From assembly GCA_964016885.1 (NCBI GenBank), contig OZ024744.1, positions 48,608,001 to 48,672,000 on the forward strand: 64,000 nt of DNA. The letters run 5' to 3'. The notes under the pieces are model-generated. The model did not search any database, was not told where the DNA came from, and saw only the letters and a program-made list of their open reading frames with translations. Source of the DNA: Eledone cirrhosa (Eukaryota). The translations under genes and the position numbers were made by a program. Positions 54,529 through 64,000 of this stretch are shown piece by piece; the stretch's first letter is position 1, and every line of letters starts with the position of its first letter.

Positions 54529-57160
54529 ATATATATGAAAAGATTCAGGACCCCGACGGCTGAGCTCTGGCCGTTTCAACAGCTAGATCGGAACTGAACT
54601 AATTCAGAATTCAGATCTAGCTGTTGAAATGGCTGGAGCTCAGCTGTTGGAGTCCTGAATCTTTTCATATTATCCACTCTACTACCCTAAGTATTGAGTA
54701 CTCTGGTGGCTTAGGTTGACCAGGTTTTTACCACACACTATCTCTGATTGGATATATATAAAACATGTAGGAGACACGGTACAAAGGCTCCCAGTCCACT
54801 GTGGTTGGTATTAGGAAGGACATTCACCCATAGAAAACCTGCCACATACAGTCCTATATCAGCGAGACACAGTCACCTGATCAATCTTGCCACACGTGGG
54901 ACAATTCCCATCTAACCTATGCTAATGTGAAAGATAGACATTAAACAATGATGACGATGATGTATAGATAGGAATTTGTTATATATATATAAATATATAT
55001 ATAGATGGGATATTGACATCAACATTACATGGAGTTCTAAAATCTAAATCCTTCCTTGATTAGGTAGAACATTAATGAGTATATATACTCTTTCTTACAT
55101 AAGGGGTTGTTTACTCTATTCCCTCTGTGATGGTCATTTATAGCAGTCAGTTGTTTTATAGTTTTACTGGGTTTCAGAAATCCATATATACCAGTGTATG
55201 TGCGTGTGTGTGCATATGTGAGTGTATATGTGTATGTGAGTGGGCGTGGGTGTGTGTAGATACTCTTTGTTTTACTGGTTTCAGATATTAGACTGTGGCC
55301 ATGCTGGGGCACCATCTTGATGTAGTCAATCTTGTGGGTCCACTGAGTTACGGTACATAAGCACACCCACTAATTCAATCATAAACATAGACACAGATTT
55401 ACAGAAGCACACATATGTATGGCAATCCTAAGTAGTCGCCCTTACCAATAGCACGCACAGGGTGGCAATCATCACCATCACTGTACACCCCCATCCCATC
55501 CATACCACCTCCACTATCACTACTTTTTGTCACTACACCCCTCTAAAGTCCCCTGCCATACATGTATGTATAACATCATACTTATCACCCTCTGCTCACT
55601 CCTCCCACCAATCAAAGCAGAGGGTGCCTTTTTTTTAGGACAATATCAAACACTCTCTTGTGCTGGTGCCACAAAAGTGTACCTACTACACCCTGTAAGG
55701 TGGTTGGCAATATAAATAGCATCTGCAGTAAAAACCATGCTTAAAAGTATGAAGAGGACCCTCTTGTTGTATCAACCCCAATATGACCCTCCAACTAGGC
55801 ACTAACCTCCCTCAGAGGGAGTAGGTGCCTCTGAATTGACAGCACACAAGTGTCAGCTGATTCAATGCAGCCATGCACAACTGGGATCTGCACCCATCAG
55901 CAGCTTACTAGTATGGTTCACAAGAGCTGCTGACCATAAACTGAGTGAGTGCCTTGGTCTCCTCCCACTTGAGGATATGAACCCCCACACACCCTAATCC
56001 CACCACTGTGAGCTAGTTAAAATGCCTGTGATGGGTATGGGGAGGATATCACATGATTGTAACTGTCTCACCAGCGGAACATAAGAAGAGCATCCAGCCA
56101 TAGAAAGCTTGCCAAAATTAGGGTCAGGAGAACCTTTCAATTGTGACTGCTGGTGTCACAAAAATGTCCAGTGCTGATGTCATGCACTTGGTAGAGTGCA
56201 AGATCATATGTAGATAAGATGAGGGCCCCTGACCTATCTGAAAGGTCAGTTGCCCTACATGAGTACTGACTCAGGCTGTGAAGACTGGTTCAACCCTTGC
56301 TGGAAGGGAAAATGGACATTAAGTGATGGTGGTGATGATGATGATAATGATGATGATAATGATGATGATCTATTTACCTATCTATCTATCTTTCTATATA
56401 TGTGTATGTGTGCATTTGTGTGAGTATGTGTCTATATATATCATATATAGAAATGACTTCTATAGGATTAGGAAAGTCCTAATGATTTCTTAGGAATGAA
56501 ACAGTTCTTGTCCTGGAGAAGTAATTTCTATATGAAATATATATGCTTCTTCTCTAATAACATATTGAGTACTTTACTTAACCTTATATTTTTTGTGATC
56601 CTGCTTCAGAAAATCATCCTTAATTATGTGTGTGTGTGTGTGTGTGAGTGTTTGTGTGTGTGTGTGCACGTATGTGTGTGTGTCTATAAATATATACAGA
56701 AACTCAGACACACACACATATGCATATGTGCACTCATGCACTCACACACACAGACATACATACATAAATACATATGTACTGAGATACATACAAAGACTTG
56801 CTCATTTCAATGTCTCCCTCTAACTGCAAGATCCCAAAAGAATTTAGAGAGATTGTTTCCCTGATCCACTTTGTCAAAAGGGAAAAAGGAAGTATGATGC
56901 TGATGGTTTCAGTTTTGTCCATTTTTTTAAACGCTTGGCTTAGCAAATCATGCTAGTGTCATGGCTACATCTGTCTTCTCCTTCTTCTCTTTTTTCACTT
57001 CTTGCTTCTTCCTTCCTTTTCCCATGCCTATTCCACATCACTGCTTGTGTATGCATGTTTGTGTATATATATTTATATGTGTGTTTGTGTGTCACAGTAT
57101 GTATTTAGTTCCATGTCTGTGTGTGTATGAGTGTATATGTCTGTGTGTTCTGTGTGTGTG

Positions 57161-57200
<40 letters not shown>

Positions 57201-57416
57201 AAATATTGCCTTAAAACAGCTGTCCAACCCATGCTATCATAGAAAGGTTGGTCTAAAGAACCATGATGATGATATAGATATATGCAAACATAGAAACTTA
57301 TATATATACATATATCATCCTCATCAACATCATCATCGCGTGGAAAAATGGCCTTAAAACAGTGATGATGATGATGATGATGATGATGATATATATATAT
57401 ATATAAATATATATAT

Positions 57417-57860
57417 AGGAAAAAGTTTAACCCCGACGGCAGAGCCCATACCATGAGTTTTCGCATGGTGAGGGTAATGAAACTAGAGCTGGGTGGAAAG
57501 GTAGGGTTGGAAAGTACTCTACTAGAGCTAGATAACGAAGGGGGTGTGGTAAGGAACCAGATGGACCATAACGCACCAGAGTACTCAATACTTAGGGTAG
57601 TAGAGTGGGTAAAAGGAAAAAGTTTAACCCCGACGGCAGAGCCCAAACCCAAGCTCCTTCGTTATCTAGCTCCTACCTCCGTAGTAGAGCTCTTTCCGAC
57701 CCTACCTTTCCACCCAGCTCTAGTTTCATTACCGAAAATACCGCTTGGGCTCTGCCATCGGGGTTAAACTTTTTCCTATTACCCACTCTACTACCCTAAG
57801 TATTGAGTACTCTGATGCGTTATGGTCCATCTGGTACCTTACCACACCTCCTTTGTTACA
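57417..57860. repeat. ~197-bp unit in partial tandem, followed by a circularly permuted inverted copy
   Basis: AGGAAAAAGTTTAACCCCGACGGCAGAGCCCA occurs at 57417 and 57614. 57655-57860 is the reverse complement of the same unit in permuted order. Confidence 0.85.
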
Positions 57861-57872
57861 TATATATATATA

Positions 57873-60333
57873 GTAACATGGTGGTGGAACAGTAAGGTGG
57901 AGGGGTCAATTAAGGCCAAAAAGCAGGCTTGGAAAGTATGGCGGGATGGGGGAAGTAGAGAGGACTATCAAGTGGCCAGGAGGGAAGCTAGGAGACAAGT
58001 GTACTTAGCAAGAAGGGAAGCTGAGGAAAGAAAGTTCAAGCATGTTCTACAACGCGATGACCAAAAACGTGAGGTGTTCAGGATTGCTAGGCAATGCGTC
58101 AAGGAAAACCGTGATATTGTCGGGGAGAAGTGTGTACTAAACGACGATGGCACACTTGCCATCACCGACGCTGATAAGAAGGTAGCTTGGAAGTGTCACT
58201 ATGAAAGGCTTCTAAATGAGGAGAATAATTGGGAGAAAGGCAGTCTCCCCCATATCGACCCAATAGAGGGACCAGCAGTGTTAGTCGAGGGGAGTATAAT
58301 AAGTAAGGCAATCAAGGATATGAAGACTGGTAAGGCGGCTGGGCCTTCGGAAATAGTTGCTGAGATGCTGAAGGCATCTGGCACGGTGGGACACACCATG
58401 GTCACCCGCATAGTTAACCAAGTCGTACAAAACGGGGTTGTTCCGAAGGACTGGCATAGCAGCATCATCGTTAACTGTTATAAGGGTAAAGGAGACGCCC
58501 TAGATAGGAGTAACTATAGAGGCATTAAATTAATCGACCAGGTCATGAAGGTCACGGAAAGAGTAATAGCGCAGCTAATCAGAGAGAGAATTGACCTAGA
58601 TGAAATGCAGTTCGGGTTTGTGTCAGGCAAAAGTACCACAGACGCTCTTTTCATAGTACGACAACTACAAGAGAAGTACCTAGCTAAAGGTAAACCCCTC
58701 TACTTAGCTTTTGTCGACTTGGAGAAAGCCTTCGACAGAGTCCCCCGCTCCATTATCTGGTGGGCTCTTAGAAAACTAGGCGTTGACGAATGGCTTGTGA
58801 GGGCTATACAAGCCATGTATAAAGAAACAGTCAGCAAGGTTAGAATTAACAACGAATATAGTGAAGAGTTTAGCGTAAAAGTCGGCGTCCATCAGGGCTC
58901 TGTTCTCAGTCCACTACTATTTATTATTGCCCTTCAGGCCATAACAGAGGAGTTCAAGACAGGCTGCCCATGGGAACTCCTATACGCAGACGACCTGACA
59001 CTCATAGCGGAATCAATGGCCGAGCTAGAGAAGAAATTCCAAACATGGAAGCACGGCCTAGAGTCAAAAGGACTTAAAATTAACCTGGCTAAGACCAAAG
59101 TACTAGTTTGTAGGAAAGAAAACAAGGCGGCGGTCCCTTCTGGGAAATGGTCGTGCTCGGTGTGTAGGAAAGGCGTAGGTAGAAACTCCATTTTATGTCC
59201 TAAATGCAAAGTATGGGTGCATAAAAGATGTAGTGGGATCACAGGTAGGCTAACTAAGAACATAGATTTTACATGTGGCCGGTGCTCTGGTGCAATAAGT
59301 AGCAGCAAGTGCCCACAAACTACTAGCTCTTTCAATTGCGCAGAGGGTTCTATAGAAATAGTGGACAGCTTCCGTTACCTGGGCGATAAAATCAGCAGTG
59401 GGGGAGGGTGCTCTGAAAGTACTGTAGCTAGAGTCAGAACTGGTTGGAAAAAGTTCAGAGAGCTTATACCACTATTAGCTGCTAAAGGGTTCTCACTAAA
59501 AATGAAAGGCAGGTTGTACGATGCCTGCATACGAACAGCAATGCTGCATGGCAGTGAGACCTGGGCATTGTGTGCAGAGGATATACGCAGACTAGAGAGG
59601 AACGAAGCTTGCATGCTCCGCTGGATGTGTAACAGTAATATACGTGAACGGCAAAGCATAAACGAACTAAGGAATAAATTAGAGATAAGAGGGATCAGAT
59701 GTTGTTTACTCGAGAGAAGGCTACGTTGGTATGGACACGTGATGCGCATGAAAGTCGATAGCTGTATAACAAAGTGCAGGGCAATAAAGATAGACGGTAG
59801 TCACGGAATAGGCAGACCTAGAAAAACCTGGGACGAGCTGATAAACTCCGACATCACACACTTACACCTCTCCAAGACAATGTCACTGGACCGAGACCTT
59901 TGGCGGTACTCAGTAACAGAGAAGACCCGCCTTACCTAAATATATAGTAAAACCTACTCCAGCCAGTAGGCATCTCTAACAAATACACCCCGTCCCACCA
60001 CCCCCACCCGATCCACACCACCCCGTTCTATGTAAAGTTATGTTGGTGCCGCGCCATCGAGGCCGAAACAAATGAGATCGTGTAGGTGTCACGACAAAAA
60101 AACACACAGTCCACGCTGTAATGTGGCCGTGTAGGCAACACGGTAAAAACCTCCCAGACCCACACTGTAAATGTGGTTGGTGTTAGGAAGGGCATCCAAC
60201 TGTAGAAAACCTGCCAGACAGTCCTATGCGAGCAAGACAATCACTCTTGCCTCAAGTGGGACTACCCCCGTCCAAACCCATGCAAGCGTGGAACACGGAC
60301 GTTAAACGCTGATGATGATGATGATGATGATGA
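57873..60333 (+). mobile_element. RTE-clade LINE, 5'-truncated (no endonuclease), with intact RT frame, 3' UTR and (GAT)n tail
   Basis: RT motifs TWWWN, GKAAGP, NYRGIKL, QFGF, FVDLEKAFDRVPR, GVHQGSVLSP, YADD, FRYLG, GRPRKTW. Confidence 0.96.
57875..59939 (+). CDS. RTE reverse transcriptase (partial ORF) with an embedded C4HC3 PHD-type zinc finger
   Basis: Open frame from the truncation point. CSVC-x10-CPKC-x4-H-x2-C-x14-CGRC lies at about 59154-59285. Confidence 0.9.
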
Positions 60334-60425
60334 TATTTATATATATATATGTTAAATGCCTATATATATATATATATATTTATAATATTAAATAAATGGA
60401 AAACTATATTTATAAAACCATATTT

Positions 60426-60489
60426 ATTTCATTATATATATTTCGGGGATATCATATTAACAATATGCTATGCCTTCATCAGACAAAAT
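60426..60489 (-). ncRNA. Minimal type I hammerhead motif
   Basis: Minus strand: ATTTTGT-CTGATGA-AGGCATAGCATATT-GTT-AATATGATATCCCC-GAAA-TATATA-TA^ATGAAAT. 7-bp stem I, long stem II and palindromic loop III. Confidence 0.65.
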
Positions 60490-60651
60490 ACAATATAAAC
60501 AGTTTTATAGATAAATAGATTCGACATATATATGCCTATACATATATATGGAGTTGGAAATAGTCTGTAGCAACAATAAGACCATCTCCAAATCAAATAT
60601 TTTCATTATCTATAATTTTTTCTGTTCGTGTTTGCCGTGATTATACAATAC

Positions 60652-60693
60652 ACACCTGATGACATAAACAGGCCATTGAAATATATATAGTGC
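60652..60693 (+). ncRNA. Minimal hammerhead motif
   Basis: ACAC-CTGATGA-CAT..ATT-GAAA-TATATA-TA^GTGC. Stem II is weak. Confidence 0.5.
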
Positions 60694-60796
60694 TTCACCA
60701 GCCAGAACTTCTGTTATCAAACTAATATTTAACTCTGTTCCTGCACCCCACACAGGATTCAACATCAACGTTGGATGAGTTGCATAATGTAGAGTG

Positions 60797-61222
60797 CCTA
60801 TGTACAAAGCAAAACCTACAGTCAGTAGGCACCTCTTAACCAAATATACACCCCAATCCACTACCCCTACCCTATCCTCCCACTCCCACCAACACCACCC
60901 TCTCTCTGTAAAGTTGGTACCACAAGATCCAGTCCAAATAAATGAGATAATGAGATCGAGATTGTGTAGGTGTCACAACATAAAAACACACAGTCCACGC
61001 TGTAATGTGGCCATGTAGGTAACACGGTAAAAAGTTCCCAGTTCCACACTGTCAATGTGGTTGGTGTTAGGAAGGGCATCCAGCCATAGAAAACCTGCCA
61101 GATGGTCCTATATGAGCGAGACACGGTCACCTGACCACCCTTTCCTCAAATGGGACAACTCCCGTCTAATCCATGCTAGCATGGAAAATGGGTGTGAAAC
61201 GAAGATGATGATGATGATGATA
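60797..61222 (+). mobile_element. RTE 3' UTR fragment
   Basis: Homologous to 59935-60333. Confidence 0.85.
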
Positions 61223-61346
61223 TATATACATTTATGTTTAGTGGTTGACCACTGGATAGAACTGGTCATTCTGTTTAGTTAACCATAATGTAATAGTAGG
61301 AAAAGCACTCTACATTATGCAACTCATTCAACGTTGATGTTGAATC

Positions 61347-62045
61347 CTGGGCACTGAGTGTAGAAGACTTGCGTAGATTGGAAAGAAACAAAGCCTGCAT
61401 GCTCCGATGGATGTGTAATAGAAATATACGCGAACGACAAAGCATAAATGAATTGAAAGAGAAACTGAGCATAAGAGGAATCAAATGCTGTGTGCAGGAG
61501 AGGCGGTTGCGTTGGTATTGACATGTGATGCATATGAAGGATGACAGCTGCATAAAAAGGTGCAGAGCACTAGAAGTTGATGGAAACCACGGAGTGGGGA
61601 GACCCAAGAAGACCTGGGATGAGGTGATAAAAGCCGACCTTACCCAATTACACCTCTCAAAGGCGATGACACACGACCATGACCTCTGGCATCACGCAGT
61701 AATACAGAAGACCCGACCCCCCATGGGTAGAAGCCGAAGCTGAAGCATATAGACAATATGCCCTCACCCCCTCACACTGCAAAGTGGTCGTGGAGGTGCC
61801 ACAGCAAAAAAGCACCCAACCCTCACTGTAAAGTGGACGTGTAGGTACCACGGAAAAAAGCACCCAGCACTCACTGTAAATGAGGTTGGTGTTAGGAAGG
61901 GCATCCAGCTGTAGAGATCAAACCAGAATCAGTTCCTGTATGAGCAAGACAAGGTCACACAGCCTGGCATTGCCCATAACAGAACAACCTGTCTAACCCA
62001 TGCTAGCGTGGAAGAATGGACGTAAAACAGTGATGATAATGATGA
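61347..62045 (+). mobile_element. RTE LINE 3' fragment, second subfamily
   Basis: WALSVEDLRRLERNKACMLRWMC..GRPKKTWDEVIKADL, followed by the 3' UTR. Confidence 0.9.
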
Positions 62046-62423
62046 TATATATATATATATGATGGGATGGATTCTGCTGGTTTTTAAAATGCCCAAGAAA
62101 TGTTGTATGACATTTTGGCACCTCTATATTCCCACCAGGATTTATGGCTTCATACACATACACACATACATTCACACAAAGCAAATTATAAACGTAAACA
62201 TGTAAGTATGTTTTTGAAACGGTGCGCGAGTTTGAAATTAGACGGCAACACTCATCTTTTTCCATTTCTCCGAGGGTTATAAACCCCACTTTCAGGCTAG
62301 AAATTTCTTTAGTCTAAAATACGGTGAAAGCCTATAATTTCTAATTTCTAATATATATATATATATATTAGAAATTAGAAATTATAGGCTTTCACCGTAT
62401 ATATATATATATATATATATATA

Positions 62424-62600
62424 GTAATAATTGTTTCTACTTTAGGCCAGCAATTACCCAGTGCATTATTGGTACTTTATTTTATCGACCCCGTTAGGAT
62501 GAAAGGCAAAGTCAACCTCGGCGGGATTTGAACTCAGATCGTAAAGGGACGTAACTATGCTGGAAAGCATGGCGTCCAACCCTCCACCGATACTGCCAAT
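62424..62600 (-). mobile_element. SINE family A
   Basis: Reverse complement of 25116-25303. Confidence 0.85.
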
Positions 62601-62622
62601 ATAGTAATAATAATAATATATA

Positions 62623-62944
62623 TGGAGACACATGGCTTAGTGGTTAGAGCATTAGTTAGTTCAATTCTCAGACCGGGTGATGTTGTTTCCTTGAGTAAGA
62701 CACTTTATTTCACATTGCTCCAGTTTACTCAGCTGTAGAAATGAGATGATAGGGACTGGGGTCCCTATCATTCCACTGCAAAGTGGTCGTGGAGGTGCCA
62801 TGGCAAAAAAGCACCCAGCACTCACTGTAAATGAGGTTGGTGTTAGGAAGGGCATCCAGCTGTAGAAATCAAGCCAGAATCAGTTCCCATCCCACTCTTG
62901 CAAGCAGGGAAAAGCGGACATAAAATGATGATGATGATGATGAT
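62623..62944 (+). mobile_element. SINE family B with RTE tail (deletion in the head)
   Basis: Same structure as 50956-51327. Confidence 0.85.
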
Positions 62945-62948
62945 ATAT

Positions 62949-63041
<93 letters not shown>

Positions 63042-63043
<2 letters not shown>

Positions 63044-63267
63044 GGCAGTGCAATGCATTGCCAGTATCCTTAGAATATGAACAACATGCTTTGTGGCATA
63101 GAGTTTACAGCCCTTACATTCTGAATTCAAATCCCCTTGAGCTTAGCTTTGCCTTTCATCCTTACAAGCTCAATAAAATAAAACACCAACAATACACTGG
63201 AGTCAATATAATTGAGTCCCTCTCCTCCAACATTTGTTGGCCATGCACCTAAATTAGAAACTATTAT
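63042..63267 (+). mobile_element. Diverged SINE, family A
   Basis: TGAATTCAAATCC, CTTTGCCTTTCATCCTTAC and a TTAGAAACTATTAT end. Confidence 0.65.
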
Positions 63268-63432
63268 ATATATATATCATCATCATCGATTAACATCTAT
63301 CTTTCACACTAGCATGGCTTAGATGGGTTTGTCCCATTTAGAGGCAAGTTGACCATGTCTCGCTCATATAGGAGTGTTTCTGGCTGGTTTTCTACAGCTG
63401 GATGCCCTTCCTAACGCCAACATATATGTATA

Positions 63433-63525
<93 letters not shown>

Positions 63526-63542
63526 GATTTGGGGCCTGACAG

Positions 63543-63740
63543 CTAAGCATAGATTTTTGTAGTATGTTCAGAGTTTTATGATGTTAGTAGATTAATTATA
63601 GTGGATTAACCTTAAATCAACCATCAATATACTGTTCATTTGAAAATCATTTATTTTCAAATGTACACAATATTAATGGTTGATTTGGGATTAGTCTACA
63701 ATAATCAGTCTATTAAGATCATGAAATTCTATGCTTAATA
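63543..63740. repeat. ~200-bp imperfect palindrome (MITE-like fold-back)
   Basis: Paired segments TAAGCATAGA/TCTATGCTTA, AAATCAACCATCAATAT/ATATTAATGGTTGATTT and CATTTGAAAAT/ATTTTCAAATG around ~63650. Confidence 0.7.
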
Positions 63741-64000
63741 ACCATGCATTAATTCAGATATTGTATGTGTACATATATTTAAAGTCACACACACTTACAT
63801 TATGTAATATAAAAATATAATATAATATAATATAAAATAATGTAATATAATATAATATAATACAATATAATACAATATAATATAATATAATATAAAATAA
63901 TTATAATATAATACAATATAATATAATATAATATAGTATAATATAATATAATATAGTTTAATATAATACAATATCTATACATCTAAATTATATTAAAGCA

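Noticed and set aside
56820-56960. Short peptide IPKEFREIVSLIHFVKREKG
   Set aside because: Probably a very old RTE RT scrap, but too short and degenerate to annotate.
57822-57874. Apparent ATG start of the 705-aa RT ORF
   Set aside because: [17 protein letters not shown] comes from the upstream fold-back repeat and (TA)n. The LINE is 5'-truncated at about 57873, so the fusion is fortuitous.

Overview
AT-rich eukaryotic (metazoan) genomic DNA made almost entirely of retroelements and simple repeats. I found no host protein-coding exon I can support. The SINE and LINE types and the extreme (TA)n/(CA)n/(GAT)n load suggest an octopod cephalopod; this is an inference. The window has five main components. 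(1) Four copies of Tx1-like (L1-clade) non-LTR retrotransposons from three lineages. One is a near-intact full-length element (28793-34505); it and a near-identical 5'-truncated sister both sit in the (ATCT)n block of one compound satellite. (2) RTE-clade LINEs whose RT carries an embedded C4HC3 PHD-type finger, plus many RTE 3' tails. (3) Two tRNA-derived SINE groups, one of which visibly shares the RTE 3' tail. (4) Penelope-like element (PLE) remnants and about a dozen minimal type I hammerhead-ribozyme motifs, several arranged as fold-back units with a hammerhead in each polarity. (5) Long microsatellite or low-complexity tracts and a 200-N gap. The strongest leads are the dual-polarity hammerhead fold-backs, the apparent GATA-repeat targeting by the Tx1 element, and splice-site-like signals conserved at equivalent positions in the divergent Tx1 lineages. 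Coordinates were counted by eye and boundaries may be off by a few bases.
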